Shown here in pieces: positions 1 through 9,433 of a stretch of 64,000 nt of DNA. Position numbers and translations under genes: made by a program. Positions within the stretch are counted from its first letter, which is position 1, and each line of letters starts with the position of its first letter. This stretch comes from Minisyncoccia bacterium (GTDB taxonomy: Bacteria > Patescibacteriota > Minisyncoccia > Phycocordibacterales > UBA9973). The stretch is from NCBI GenBank assembly GCA_039809265.1, contig JBDHUR010000003.1, positions 15,274 through 79,273 of the forward strand, written 5' to 3'. Under the pieces are notes generated by a model, which was not told the origin of the DNA, ran no database searches, and was given only the letters and a program-made list of their open reading frames with translations.

Positions 1-1279
1 TTTACCCGCAAAGAATAATTGGTGGAGTCCAGGAGACAATGGTCCATGCGGGCCAGATACAGAAATGTTTTATGATATCACCGATGAAGGTCTGGGTGAT
101 ATGACACATGAGCAATATGTGCAAGCTGACGAAGAAGGAAAAGTAGTAGAAATCTGGAATGACGTTTTTATGCAATACGAGAAAAGAGACGGCAAAGTCG
201 TTGGTAAGTTATCTCAGAGAAATGTTGATACAGGTTCTGGCCTTGAGCGTATAACTATGCTTATGCAAGGTAAAAATAATGTTTATAGCACAGACTTTTT
301 CTCGCCAGTAATCGAATACATAAAAACCAATGCTAAAGACTACAGTGAGCGTGGAGCTAGGATTATTGGGGATCATTTGCGTAGCAGTTTGTTTATTGTG
401 GGTGATGGTGTTTTCCCTTCAAATAAAGACCAAGGGTATATAGTACGCAGGCTTGTACGCCGCGCGGCAGTGCAGATGCGGCTTTGTGGCTTGGCTGACA
501 ATGCTTCAGCCGAAGTACTGAAGCTTTTCCAGAAGGCTTATGTTGGCGCATACACAGAAATACAAAACGAAAAAGTTGTGGAAGCCATAACAGAAGAAAT
601 ACAAAAATTCCAGAAAACACTGGAATCTGGTCTGAAAGAATTTGAAAAAGGTACAGACCCGTTTATTTTAGCTACAACTTATGGATTTCCTATAGAGCTG
701 ACAGAAGAACTTGCGAAAGAAAAAAGTATAGAAATAGATCGCAGGAAGTTTGATGCACAAATGTCAGAACATCAAGATAAATCTCGTGCTGGTGCAGAGC
801 AGAAGTTCAAAGGCGGACTAGCAAATACAAATGAAAAAACTGTAAAGCTGCACACAGCACATCATTTACTACTGGCAGCACTTCAAGAGGTGCTGGGGAA
901 TGATGTACACCAGAGAGGTTCAAACATCACGGAAGAGCGTTTGCGTATGGACTTTAATTTTGACCGAAAACTTACCGCAGATGAATTACAAAAAGTAGAA
1001 GACTTGGTGAACAGTTGGATTGTGAGTAGGTTTCCAGTCGTCCGTAGAGAAATGCCACGCGAAGAAGCAGAAAAGCTTGGTGCAGAGATGGAGTTCGGCG
1101 CGAAATATCCAGAAATTGTTTCTGTATACACTATCCAAGACTCAGATGACAAATACGTCTCAAAAGAATTTTGCGGCGGGCCGCATGTAGCAAACACCGG
1201 CGATATCGGTGGGTTCAAAATACAAAAAGAAGAAGCATCTAGTGCCGGAGTGCGCAGAATAAAAGGCGTATTGGCTTAA
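1..1279 (+). CDS. alaS: alanyl-tRNA synthetase, 5'-truncated by window edge (catalytic C-part plus editing domain; ends without a C-Ala domain)
   Basis: Frame 2 is open from nt 2. Translation shows WWSPGDNGPCGPDTE, GSGLERI, the editing-domain HxxxH (HTAHHLL) and CGGPH zinc motifs. Confidence 0.85.
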   Translation, partial: LPAKNNWWSPGDNGPCGPDTEMFYDITDEGLGDMTHEQYVQADEEGKVVEIWNDVFMQYEKRDGKVVGKLSQRNVDTGSGLERITMLMQGKNNVYSTDFFSPVIEYIKTNAKDYSERGARIIGDHLRSSLFIVGDGVFPSNKDQGYIVRRLVRRAAVQMRLCGLADNASAEVLKLFQKAYVGAYTEIQNEKVVEAITEEIQKFQKTLESGLKEFEKGTDPFILATTYGFPIELTEELAKEKSIEIDRRKFDAQMSEHQDKSRAGAEQKFKGGLANTNEKTVKLHTAHHLLLAALQEVLGNDVHQRGSNITEERLRMDFNFDRKLTADELQKVEDLVNSWIVSRFPVVRREMPREEAEKLGAEMEFGAKYPEIVSVYTIQDSDDKYVSKEFCGGPHVANTGDIGGFKIQKEEASSAGVRRIKGVLA

Positions 1280-1323
1280 CTTTTTCACATATTGTATCTA
1301 TTGCTTCATGCTATACTCTACGC

Positions 1324-2502
1324 ATGGGTCTTTTTTCTTCTAAAAAGGAAAATGTAATACAAGCACATGTCATGGCTGTGGATATAGCCACGGACTTCGT
1401 TCGTGTTTCTCTCGTACGTACAAAGTTTGATACCTCACTGCGTAAGCCAGAAATTGTGGCTTACGCAGAGGCACCTATAAGCGCAGAATCTTTCGGTAAT
1501 GCGAATGCTTTTACGTCCGCCATGCTAGGTGCTTTGAGAAATGCTCTTTCTGTCGTGGTGCATAAAAATCAGATATCCCCGGAAGCTATACATTGCTTTT
1601 TGCATTCGCCTTGGGTTGGCAGCCAGACTCGCATGGCCAAGATGTCCAAGGAAACACCTTTTGTTTTTACAGAGAAGATTGCTTCTGAAATACTAGAAAA
1701 GGAAAAAGAGAATTTCTTGGCGGATGTAGATGAAGACAAATCCATGACTGTTATACAAGAGCAGATCATGAGTATAAAGCACAATGGCTACGACATTACA
1801 CAGCCTTTTGGCAGAAAAATAAATAGCATAGAAACTTCTATATTTATTGCTTTTTCAGACAAGTTTTTAATAAAGCAAATCAAAAGTGCCGTTTGGGATG
1901 TTATCCTAGGCAAGCCGATACTGTTCCATTCCGCGCATTTCTCTTCTTTTGTTGCAGTGCGAGATATAAAAAGTGATAAAGATAATTTCCTCCTTCTTTC
2001 TGTTGGAAATCTAACTTCTCACCTTTCTTTTGTTTCAAATGGCTATCTGCATTCGCACGGCTCTTTCCCGTATGGGACTTATAAACTGTATGAAGATATT
2101 TCAGAGACTTTAGGCAGAGATAGGGAAGAAGTAACTTCACTTATAGCTCTGCATTCAGCCGGCAATGCAGACGTTTCTATAGAATCTCTCTTGAATCACT
2201 CCAACAGAAAGGCGGGTGTCGCTTGGAATCAAAATTTTACCGAAGTTCTGGGACAAATATCCAGCACAGTGAATATTCCAACAACAGTCTACCTTCTCTC
2301 TGGCAAAGAAATCCATAATCCACTCGTTTCTGCACTTTTCAAAAATACAAATCAGACTTATGCACTTTCCGGTAAAAATTTTGATGCTATAATAGTAGAC
2401 GTAAAGCATGTTGTTCCATATGTGAACTGGAGCGTAAACAGCCCAAAAGATGTAAACACAATGCTCCACAGTCTTTTTATTAGTCGTCGTTTATCTTTGT
2501 AG
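1324..2502 (+). CDS. hypothetical protein, divergent actin-fold ATPase-like (FtsA/PilM family resemblance)
   Basis: 392 aa ORF. Phosphate-1-like VMAVDIATDFVRVSLV, phosphate-2-like LLLSVGNLTSHLS, adenosine-like VYLLSGKEIHNPL. Only weak family resemblance. Confidence 0.35.
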   Translation: MGLFSSKKENVIQAHVMAVDIATDFVRVSLVRTKFDTSLRKPEIVAYAEAPISAESFGNANAFTSAMLGALRNALSVVVHKNQISPEAIHCFLHSPWVGSQTRMAKMSKETPFVFTEKIASEILEKEKENFLADVDEDKSMTVIQEQIMSIKHNGYDITQPFGRKINSIETSIFIAFSDKFLIKQIKSAVWDVILGKPILFHSAHFSSFVAVRDIKSDKDNFLLLSVGNLTSHLSFVSNGYLHSHGSFPYGTYKLYEDISETLGRDREEVTSLIALHSAGNADVSIESLLNHSNRKAGVAWNQNFTEVLGQISSTVNIPTTVYLLSGKEIHNPLVSALFKNTNQTYALSGKNFDAIIVDVKHVVPYVNWSVNSPKDVNTMLHSLFISRRLSL

Positions 2503-2507
2503 TAAAT

Positions 2508-3866
2508 ATGGCAAAAAATATTCTTCAAGATATAAAACCCCTCACAAGCAATGGCCGTCGCCGGCCAGTAGTCACGGAAGCCCCGCAGGAAATTTCTCCT
2601 TTACCAAGGAAAAAAGTGGAGCAGTATATAAATGTAGACGAGCCTACCCAGAATGTCAGCGTGTCTCGTCCTGTTTACAAAGATCCGGAAATGTCAGATA
2701 CAGTAAATCCACCTCGTCGTTCTCGCGGCAGGATTTGGACTATCGTTATACTTGTTTTGCTTGGCATGTTTGTTGCGCTTTCGTATGCGTTTGAGGAAGC
2801 AACCGTAGCTGTAACACCAAAAGTTGAGACGGTTACTTTGGACAACAATTTTACTGCCAAAAAGGACGCCCCAGATGGCGAACTGCCTTTTGAAGTTGTG
2901 GCGATATCTGGAGAAGAAAGTAAAACTTTCACCGGTACAGAGAAACGTGATGCAAATGATAAAGCTACAGGAAAGGTTGTTATTTATAACGAATATAGTA
3001 CCACCGCTCAAAATTTACTGATAGAAACTCGCCTTGAGACAAAAGATGGCAAAATATACAAGACAGACAAAGCTGTCAAAGTCCCAGGGTATACAAAAAA
3101 AGGTACTGACATCGTTCCTGGTTCTATAGAAGTTGGTGTTCATGCCGATGTCTCTGGCGAGGACTACAACATACCACCTTCAGACTTCACACTCATCGGT
3201 CTAAAGGGTAGCCCAAAATATACCAAGATTTACGCGCGTTCTTCCACTGCTATTTCTGGTGGTGCAAAAGGCGAGAGGTATATCCTGAGCAATGATGAAA
3301 AAGATAAGTCTACAGAGGAACTTATATCAGCCCTGAAAGATAAACTCCTCAAGCAGGCAGAAAGTCAGATACCGGATGGATTTGTGTACTATGACGGCGG
3401 GGTTTTCTTTGATATCGACGATTCTAACATGTCGTTTGAAAGCACTTCATCAACTATTACCGGCACCGCTAAAGGCAAGCTCTCTATGCTTTTATTTGAT
3501 CAAACAAAGCTTACTGAAGCTATTGCAAAAGCGGCGATTAGCCAGTATGATGGCACTCCTGTTACGATACCAGAACTGCATGATTTGAAGTTTGAATCCA
3601 AGACTGCTCAAGATGTAGATATAACTACTGCAACATCTGTACCGTTCAAGCTAAGCGGAGATACACATATCATTTCTGTCATAGATAGCGAAAAATTGGC
3701 TAGTGAGCTGGCTGGCAAGAACAAGAATACTGATGCCCAAACTGTCTTTGCATCTTGGAGCGGCATAGACTCTGCAGAGATATCTATGAGGCCTCTTTGG
3801 AAGAGAACTTTGCCTGAAAATCCGACAGATATAAAGATAAAAGTAGATGAAAGCCTGTCTCAATAA
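2508..3866 (+). CDS. bitopic membrane protein, hypothetical (Pro/Arg-rich cytoplasmic N-tail, single TM, large extracytoplasmic domain)
   Basis: 452 aa ORF starting 5 nt after the preceding gene. Hydrophobic segment IWTIVILVLLGMFVALSYAF. No recognisable catalytic motifs. Confidence 0.5.
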   Translation: MAKNILQDIKPLTSNGRRRPVVTEAPQEISPLPRKKVEQYINVDEPTQNVSVSRPVYKDPEMSDTVNPPRRSRGRIWTIVILVLLGMFVALSYAFEEATVAVTPKVETVTLDNNFTAKKDAPDGELPFEVVAISGEESKTFTGTEKRDANDKATGKVVIYNEYSTTAQNLLIETRLETKDGKIYKTDKAVKVPGYTKKGTDIVPGSIEVGVHADVSGEDYNIPPSDFTLIGLKGSPKYTKIYARSSTAISGGAKGERYILSNDEKDKSTEELISALKDKLLKQAESQIPDGFVYYDGGVFFDIDDSNMSFESTSSTITGTAKGKLSMLLFDQTKLTEAIAKAAISQYDGTPVTIPELHDLKFESKTAQDVDITTATSVPFKLSGDTHIISVIDSEKLASELAGKNKNTDAQTVFASWSGIDSAEISMRPLWKRTLPENPTDIKIKVDESLSQ

Positions 3867-3885
3867 TAGAAACTCACTTATAAAC

Positions 3886-3914
3886 TTGCAGAGTTTTAGC
3901 TTTTCTGTTAGAAT
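3886..3914 (+). promoter_or_regulatory. sigma70-like promoter upstream of infA (TTGCAG-17-TAGAAT)
   Basis: -35 TTGCAG at 3886-3891, 17 nt spacer, -10 TAGAAT at 3909-3914, 24 nt before the infA ATG. Confidence 0.45.
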
Positions 3915-3938
3915 AACCAAATCCATATAGATACACAC

Positions 3939-4160
3939 ATGAGCGGTTTTAATCAAGAGAAAATAGAGACAGTTACAGGAGTAGTCTCCGAGGCGCTTCC
4001 TAGCACTCTTTTTCGCGTTAAAACCAAAGATGATGCGGAAATCTTGGCTTACCTTTCAGGTAAGATGAGGATGAATCGCATCAAAGTTTTGGTGGGTGAT
4101 CGGGTGGAGATTGTCCTTGATCCGTATGGCGGAAAGGGGAGGATTGTCAAAAGGATGTAA
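3939..4160 (+). CDS. infA: translation initiation factor IF-1
   Basis: 73 aa S1-like OB protein, characteristic IF-1 sequence, conserved position upstream of rpmJ-rpsM. Confidence 0.9.
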   Translation: MSGFNQEKIETVTGVVSEALPSTLFRVKTKDDAEILAYLSGKMRMNRIKVLVGDRVEIVLDPYGGKGRIVKRM

Positions 4161-4197
4161 ATCGTGTATTATGAGCAGGCTGTGTACGCATAGCCTA

Positions 4198-4226
4198 TGA
4201 AAGGGTCAAAAACCCTTCATTTTTAA
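4198..4226 (+). terminator. hairpin plus T-run after infA (possible attenuator or terminator)
   Basis: gaaagggt-caaaaa-acccttc followed by attttt. Confidence 0.4.
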
Positions 4227-4244
4227 CTTAATTTTAGATACTGC

Positions 4245-4355
4245 ATGAAAGTAAGGTCACGAGTTTCAAAAATATGCGAGAAGTGCAAAATCGTAAAGCG
4301 CAAGGGTCATTTGCGTGTTATTTGCGATAATCCAAAGCACAAACAGAAACAGTAA
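4245..4355 (+). CDS. rpmJ: 50S ribosomal protein L36
   Basis: Not in ORF track (<60 aa). ATG at 4245 gives [36 protein letters not shown] with the CxxC...C...H zinc ribbon typical of L36. Located between infA and rpsM. Confidence 0.85.
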   Translation: MKVRSRVSKICEKCKIVKRKGHLRVICDNPKHKQKQ

Positions 4356-4368
4356 TTTTAGAAATATT

Positions 4369-4749
4369 ATGAGAATCCTAGGTATAACACTTCCAAATGA
4401 TAAACGCGTAGACATTGCCCTTACTACACTTTACGGTATAGGTATTTCAAAGGCGCATAAAATACTGGACGAAGTAAAGGTTGAATATGGCACCAAAACA
4501 AAAGACATTCCAAACGACCAAGAAGACAGTATCCGTAAGATAGTAGAGGGTTTAAAGATAGAAGGTAACTTGAAGCGAGAAGTTTCCGCAAATATAAAAA
4601 GACTGAAAGACATAAAGGCCTATCGCGGAGTGCGCCACCAGAGACAGCTTCCAACTAAAGGTCAGCGTACAAAGACAAACTCTCGTACAGTCCGAGGCAA
4701 TGTCAGAAAGACTATGTCCTCTGGTCGCCGAAAGGAAAGCAAGACTTAG
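4369..4749 (+). CDS. rpsM: 30S ribosomal protein S13
   Basis: Start trimmed from ORF-track 4315 to internal ATG (MRILGITLPNDKRVDIALTTLYGIG...). Conserved S13 sequence. Confidence 0.9.
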   Translation: MRILGITLPNDKRVDIALTTLYGIGISKAHKILDEVKVEYGTKTKDIPNDQEDSIRKIVEGLKIEGNLKREVSANIKRLKDIKAYRGVRHQRQLPTKGQRTKTNSRTVRGNVRKTMSSGRRKESKT

Positions 4750-4779
4750 TCCTTACATTTTATTCATCAATATCAAACT

Positions 4780-5214
4780 ATGGGAAAAAAGAGAATTATA
4801 ACTAAAGATGGCCAGTCAGGTGAAGGGCAAAATGCTTCGCGCGGTGCTGCAAAAACTCCTAAGAAGAAGATCACTTCTGCGACTTTACATGTGGAAGCAA
4901 CTTTCAACAATACCAAAGCTGTTGTTTCTGATAAACAAGGCAACACTCTTTTCTGGTCTTCAGCCGGTATGCTTGGTTTCCGTGGTGCAAAGAAGGGTAC
5001 TCCTTTTGCTGCAGGAAAAGTGGGTGAAGTCCTTGGAGACAAAGCCTATGCTTTGGGGATAAAAGATGTTGATGCCGTCGTTAAGGGTGTCGGCTCTGGT
5101 CGCGAGCCCACTATCCGAGCATTTATTGGAAAGGGTTTTGAGCTTACAGGCGTGCGTGATGTGACTCCAGTCCCTCACAATGGCCCAAAGCCGAAAAAGC
5201 CTCGTCGAGTATAG
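4780..5214 (+). CDS. rpsK: 30S ribosomal protein S11
   Basis: 144 aa; conserved S11 sequence (e.g. GFRGAKKGTPFAA). Confidence 0.9.
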   Translation: MGKKRIITKDGQSGEGQNASRGAAKTPKKKITSATLHVEATFNNTKAVVSDKQGNTLFWSSAGMLGFRGAKKGTPFAAGKVGEVLGDKAYALGIKDVDAVVKGVGSGREPTIRAFIGKGFELTGVRDVTPVPHNGPKPKKPRRV

Positions 5215-5242
5215 TTTATAATTTTTTACTACACATTTAGTC

Positions 5243-5851
5243 ATGATAAACGGACCAAAATTTAAAATCTGCCGACGACTCGGATCTGCAATATACGAAA
5301 AATGTCAAACACAAAAGTTTGTCATTTCCGAAGCTCGCCACAGCAAGAAGAAGGGTGGCAAGAAACCCAAGGCTCTTTCTGGCTACGGTAGCCAGCTCCT
5401 AGAAAAGCAGAAAATCCGCTTTTCTTATGGTGTTTCCGAAAAGCAATTTTCAAACTATGTAAAAGCTTCTACAGAGAAAAAGGGTGTCTCCGCTACAGAC
5501 ATGCTTTATGAAAAGTTGGAAAGCCGCCTAGACAACGTAGTATACAGACTTGGTTTAGCACATACTCGCGCACTTGCTCGCCAAATGGTTTCGCACGGGC
5601 ACATAACTGTAAACGATGTAAAGACTACAGTGCCTTCATACAGTGTGAAGAAAGGTGATGTAATCCGCATCCGAGAAGGCAGCAAGAGCAGTGTGATGTT
5701 CGCAGACTTGGACAAGAAGTTGAAGAATTATTCCATCCCATCATGGCTTTCCTTTGATCTCGGTAAGTCTGAGGCTACAGTTGCCGGTAAGCCAAGCAAT
5801 ACAGAAGGCTTTCTAAACTTCAATGCCGTTTTGGAATTCTACAGCCGTTAA
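5243..5851 (+). CDS. rpsD: 30S ribosomal protein S4
   Basis: 202 aa; RLDNVVYRLGLAHTRALARQMVSHGHITVN S4 domain. Confidence 0.9.
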   Translation: MINGPKFKICRRLGSAIYEKCQTQKFVISEARHSKKKGGKKPKALSGYGSQLLEKQKIRFSYGVSEKQFSNYVKASTEKKGVSATDMLYEKLESRLDNVVYRLGLAHTRALARQMVSHGHITVNDVKTTVPSYSVKKGDVIRIREGSKSSVMFADLDKKLKNYSIPSWLSFDLGKSEATVAGKPSNTEGFLNFNAVLEFYSR

Positions 5852-5896
5852 ATTTTATTAAGCGCATCATTTTTATTAGTAATTTGTAACAAAAAT

Positions 5897-6877
5897 ATGT
5901 CCCATAACATTATTTTGCCATCAAAACCTCGCATAGTGCACGAAGAAGAAACAAAAGGCGTCTATGAAATAGACGGTTTGTACCCAGGCTACGGCCATAC
6001 ACTCGGCAACTCACTTCGTCGAATTATACTTTCATCACTTCCAGGCTCTGCTATAACAAGTGTAAAGATAGACGGCGCATCGCACGAGTTTTCAGTGCTA
6101 GAAGGCATGAAAGAAGACGTTATCACGCTTCTTCTAAATCTTAAAAAAGTTCGCTTTAAGGTCAGCTCTGAAGAATCTCAGACCGCAACTATCTCTGTCA
6201 AAGGGGTAAAAAGCGTAACAGCAAAAGATATAAAGGCTGGTGGGCAAGTAGAAATCTTGAACCCAGACCTTCACCTTGCAGAACTTACGGACAAGAATGC
6301 AAATTTGAATGTAGAGATAACTATAGAGCATGGGCTTGGCTTTGTACCAAAGGAGATACACCAGAAAAATAAAGTAGACATCGGCACTATCGCTCTAGAT
6401 GCTATCTTTTCCCCTGTACGCCGTGTTGCTTATGAAGTAGAGAATATGCGTGTGGGTGACAAGACAAACCACAACCGACTTCGCATAAACATAGAAACAG
6501 ACGGCACAGTCTCTGCGCACGAGGCGCTGGAGCGCTCTATCGGTATTATGATAGAACAGCTAAATGCTATCCTTGATTTCAAGCATGTTTTACCGAAGTC
6601 AGATATGATAGATGAAGTTGAAACGATTTCTGAAAAGAAAGAAGCTGCTTCTTCTGCAGAAGATAAGGAAGAAATGGCTGATATTCTAAAAACTCGTATA
6701 GACACCCTAGACCTTTCTACTCGCACATTGAATGCTTTGACTGGTGCAAATATCCGTACAGTCGGCGGTATTGCTCGCAAGAAGAAGGAGGACTTGCTAG
6801 AACTTGCTGGTATGGGAGAGAAGGGAATCCAAGAGATAAAGAAAGTCTTGGGTGGTTTTGGTATTACACTTAAGTAA
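5897..6877 (+). CDS. rpoA: DNA-directed RNA polymerase alpha subunit
   Basis: 326 aa; N-terminal dimerisation domain and C-terminal HhH-containing CTD. Canonical position after rpsD. Confidence 0.9.
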   Translation: MSHNIILPSKPRIVHEEETKGVYEIDGLYPGYGHTLGNSLRRIILSSLPGSAITSVKIDGASHEFSVLEGMKEDVITLLLNLKKVRFKVSSEESQTATISVKGVKSVTAKDIKAGGQVEILNPDLHLAELTDKNANLNVEITIEHGLGFVPKEIHQKNKVDIGTIALDAIFSPVRRVAYEVENMRVGDKTNHNRLRINIETDGTVSAHEALERSIGIMIEQLNAILDFKHVLPKSDMIDEVETISEKKEAASSAEDKEEMADILKTRIDTLDLSTRTLNALTGANIRTVGGIARKKKEDLLELAGMGEKGIQEIKKVLGGFGITLK

Positions 6878-6885
6878 AAAATAAC

Positions 6886-7239
6886 ATGAGACACCACAAT
6901 TCAGTCAGAAAATTTGGAAGAAAATCAAATGCACGAAATGCACTTATCAAGGGGCTAGCTCTTTCCCTTATAAAACATGGCCGTATAGAGACAACAGAAG
7001 CAAAAGCAAAAGAACTTCGCCCGTTTGTGGAGAAGCTCATAACCACTGCTCGACCAAACACCATGACAGCAAAGCGGCTTATAACGTCGCGCCTTATGAA
7101 CAGAAAGCCAGAAGTGAAGAAGCTTTTTACAGACATCATGCCTACCTACGCTGACAGAAAAGGCGGTTACACTCGTATCATAAAGTTGCCAGCACGTCAG
7201 GGAGACGGCAGCAAGATGGCGATCATAGAATTTGTATAA
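6886..7239 (+). CDS. rplQ: 50S ribosomal protein L17
   Basis: 117 aa; MRHHNSVRKFGRKSNARNAL... L17 N-terminus. Confidence 0.9.
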   Translation: MRHHNSVRKFGRKSNARNALIKGLALSLIKHGRIETTEAKAKELRPFVEKLITTARPNTMTAKRLITSRLMNRKPEVKKLFTDIMPTYADRKGGYTRIIKLPARQGDGSKMAIIEFV

Positions 7240-7258
7240 TTTAAAGAAATAAGGTAGT

Positions 7259-7615
7259 ATGACAAGCGTTATGAAACACACAATAGATGCAAGCGGACAA
7301 TCTTTGGGACGAGTAGCACAAGCTGCCGCTGTGATTCTTATGGGCAAGAATGACCCGTCTTATGTTGCAAACAAAGTTGCTAATGTGAAGGTGGCTATTG
7401 TTAATGCATCCAAGTTGAAAATATCTGAAAAGAAGAAAACTACTGTGTTCTATGAACGCTACAGTGGCTACCCAGGTGGTTTGACCAAGGAGCGCATGGA
7501 TATGCGTGCCGGTAGACGCGGATACAGAGTGTTACTAGAGGATGCTGTCTATGGCATGATACCATCAAATAAGCTCCGTGCTCGAATTATGAAAAATCTT
7601 ACAGTTACAGAATAA
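7259..7615 (+). CDS. rplM: 50S ribosomal protein L13
   Basis: 118 aa; conserved L13 sequence, followed by rpsI as usual. Confidence 0.9.
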   Translation: MTSVMKHTIDASGQSLGRVAQAAAVILMGKNDPSYVANKVANVKVAIVNASKLKISEKKKTTVFYERYSGYPGGLTKERMDMRAGRRGYRVLLEDAVYGMIPSNKLRARIMKNLTVTE

Positions 7616-7616
7616 T

Positions 7617-8024
7617 ATGGAAAAAACAAAAACAAAAAAATATACAGAGACTGTTGGCCGAAGGAAAACTTCAAGTGCCCGAGTGCGTGTCCTAGAAGCT
7701 TCAAAAAGCTCTTTCATTGTGAATGAAAAAGATGCTCATGATTACTTTCCAACAAGTGAATTGAAGAATATTATTCATGGTCCTGTTGCCGAGCTTGGAC
7801 GAGAAGGCAAGTTTGAAATAACTGTAAAAGTAAAAGGTGGTGGTGTGCACTCTCAAGCAGAAGCTGTGCGTCATGGAGTTTCTAGGGCGCTTGTAGAGAT
7901 GAATGAAGAAGACAGAACTACTCTAAAGAAAGCTGGTTTCCTAAAACGTGATCCGCGTATCAAAGAACGCCGTAAGTTTGGTTTGAAAAAAGCTCGTAAA
8001 TCCCCACAATGGAGTAAACGTTAA
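7617..8024 (+). CDS. rpsI: 30S ribosomal protein S9
   Basis: 135 aa; GRRKTSSARVRV..., C-terminal KKARKSPQWSKR. Confidence 0.9.
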   Translation: MEKTKTKKYTETVGRRKTSSARVRVLEASKSSFIVNEKDAHDYFPTSELKNIIHGPVAELGREGKFEITVKVKGGGVHSQAEAVRHGVSRALVEMNEEDRTTLKKAGFLKRDPRIKERRKFGLKKARKSPQWSKR

Positions 8025-8031
8025 GTTACTA

Positions 8032-8063
8032 CCTCCACACATAATGTGTGGAGGTTTAGTTTT
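8032..8063 (+). terminator. rho-independent terminator after rpsI
   Basis: Perfect 10 bp stem cctccacaca / tgtgtggagg with taa loop, followed by tttagtttt. Confidence 0.6.
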
Positions 8064-8240
8064 AAACAAACCTCTTCTTGTATCTTAAATAAAACATTGT
8101 GATATAATAACCATATAGAACTTTCTAACGATTTCTTCAATAAACGCCTTGAGTTAAAGAAGAAACTAAAGGATAAAGAAGGCAGATCATATGCAGAGAT
8201 AAAAAAAGAAAAACAACCACATCTTCATAGCGAAGATGTT

Positions 8241-9404
8241 TTGTCTGAGGTTGACGCTCTTATAGGTGAAGAAAATGACTTGCTGCTCTCTAACATAGAT
8301 GGTATGTACGAATATGCAAAAGAAGAAACCGGTAGTCATACACTGCCAGAGTTGTTAAAACTTGCCAGAGAAGAAAAAGAAAAATCAAAAAGAACTCAAA
8401 ATATAATACACCATGTTAAAACACTAGATACTCTAGAAGAAAAGATTGAAAAATTACGATACAATTTTCGCAGTAAAAACACAGGCACACACATAGATGA
8501 CAAAAGACTACTAAGCTGGGATAAAGCTGAAGAAAAAATAAACAATGAGCGTCTTAAATTGTCCGAGAATAAAGAGACATCGCACATTTCTCGTATGGTA
8601 GAACTTCTAAAGTACAAAGAGCAGGCGAAAGAAGGGTTTATAGAAACACCATCTAGGACAGATAAAAAGAAAGAGATTGTAAAACTCATGCGAGAATCTA
8701 AGAAAGGTATTTTCTTAGAAGGTAGCTCTGGTACAGGTAAAACACAGCTTTTACGACATATTGTAAAAAGTTTAGAAGGATATGAGCCAGAAATATTTGC
8801 TTCTACTGACCAATCTCGCGAATCAGATATCGTTGGCAAGACTGGATTAGATGTTAAAGATGGAGCAACTATTTCAAAGTTTAATGAAGGAATGCTTGTC
8901 CGTTCCATAACAGAAGGCCGTAAAGTTATTTTCGATGAATTTAATAATATGGAAAAAGGTTTGCGCTTATTATTAAAGCGTTACTTTGCCCTTAAACCAG
9001 GAGACACTTTTACTGTACCGCAAGATGGTAATACGATTTATACGGTAAAAGATGGTTTTAGAATATTAGCCACAGGCAACCTCCCAGGACCACATCACAC
9101 AGATCGTAACCCTCTCGGAGATGAAGAAACTAGAGAGTTTGAAATGCCTCATCTTGATCAAATGCCAGCAAATGAGATATACGACACACTTCTTGTTGCT
9201 TCTATGCGTGAAGATAAATCTGTTCCATATAGCAAAGACGAGGCTGAAACAACTCTTGCGAACTTAGCTAGGGCAATAAATGAAGCACACATTGCATATA
9301 CAGAAGGCAAGTCAGATTTCTTTGCAAGCGGAAATGTCCTGAAGGGTAAAAATCAAAGCCTAAAAAAGCAGTCCTTGACCCAGCACAATATCTTTCTTGG
9401 GTAG
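8241..9404 (+). CDS. AAA+ ATPase, AAA_5 (MoxR/McrB/dynein-related) type, with charged coiled-coil N-terminal region; start codon uncertain; possibly frameshift-joined to the next ORF
   Basis: Walker A GSSGTGKT, Walker B VIFDEF, sensor-1-like ILATGN. Frame is open from 8103 with no ATG until 8302. ORF-track start is TTG at 8241. Confidence 0.6.
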   Translation: MSEVDALIGEENDLLLSNIDGMYEYAKEETGSHTLPELLKLAREEKEKSKRTQNIIHHVKTLDTLEEKIEKLRYNFRSKNTGTHIDDKRLLSWDKAEEKINNERLKLSENKETSHISRMVELLKYKEQAKEGFIETPSRTDKKKEIVKLMRESKKGIFLEGSSGTGKTQLLRHIVKSLEGYEPEIFASTDQSRESDIVGKTGLDVKDGATISKFNEGMLVRSITEGRKVIFDEFNNMEKGLRLLLKRYFALKPGDTFTVPQDGNTIYTVKDGFRILATGNLPGPHHTDRNPLGDEETREFEMPHLDQMPANEIYDTLLVASMREDKSVPYSKDEAETTLANLARAINEAHIAYTEGKSDFFASGNVLKGKNQSLKKQSLTQHNIFLG

Positions 9405-9433
9405 AAGGGTATAAAAATCAAACAAAACAATCA

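Noticed and set aside
4315-4368. N-terminal extensions of ORF-track calls (rpsM 4315, Asp/AsnRS 29009, cysS to 23036, dnaB to 26025, rsmI to 48552, ftsW 34769, the two genes at 41522-42641)
   Set aside because: The extensions lack homology, overlap upstream genes, or precede the conserved N-terminus. Starts were moved to internal Met codons.
8103-8240. Open reading frame continuing upstream of the AAA+ ATPase start (YNNHIELSNDFFNKRLELKKK...)
   Set aside because: There is no ATG or GTG in this stretch and a TGA at 8100 closes it. It overlaps a plausible TGaTATAAT promoter element, so it is treated as 5' UTR. Start-codon uncertainty is flagged instead.
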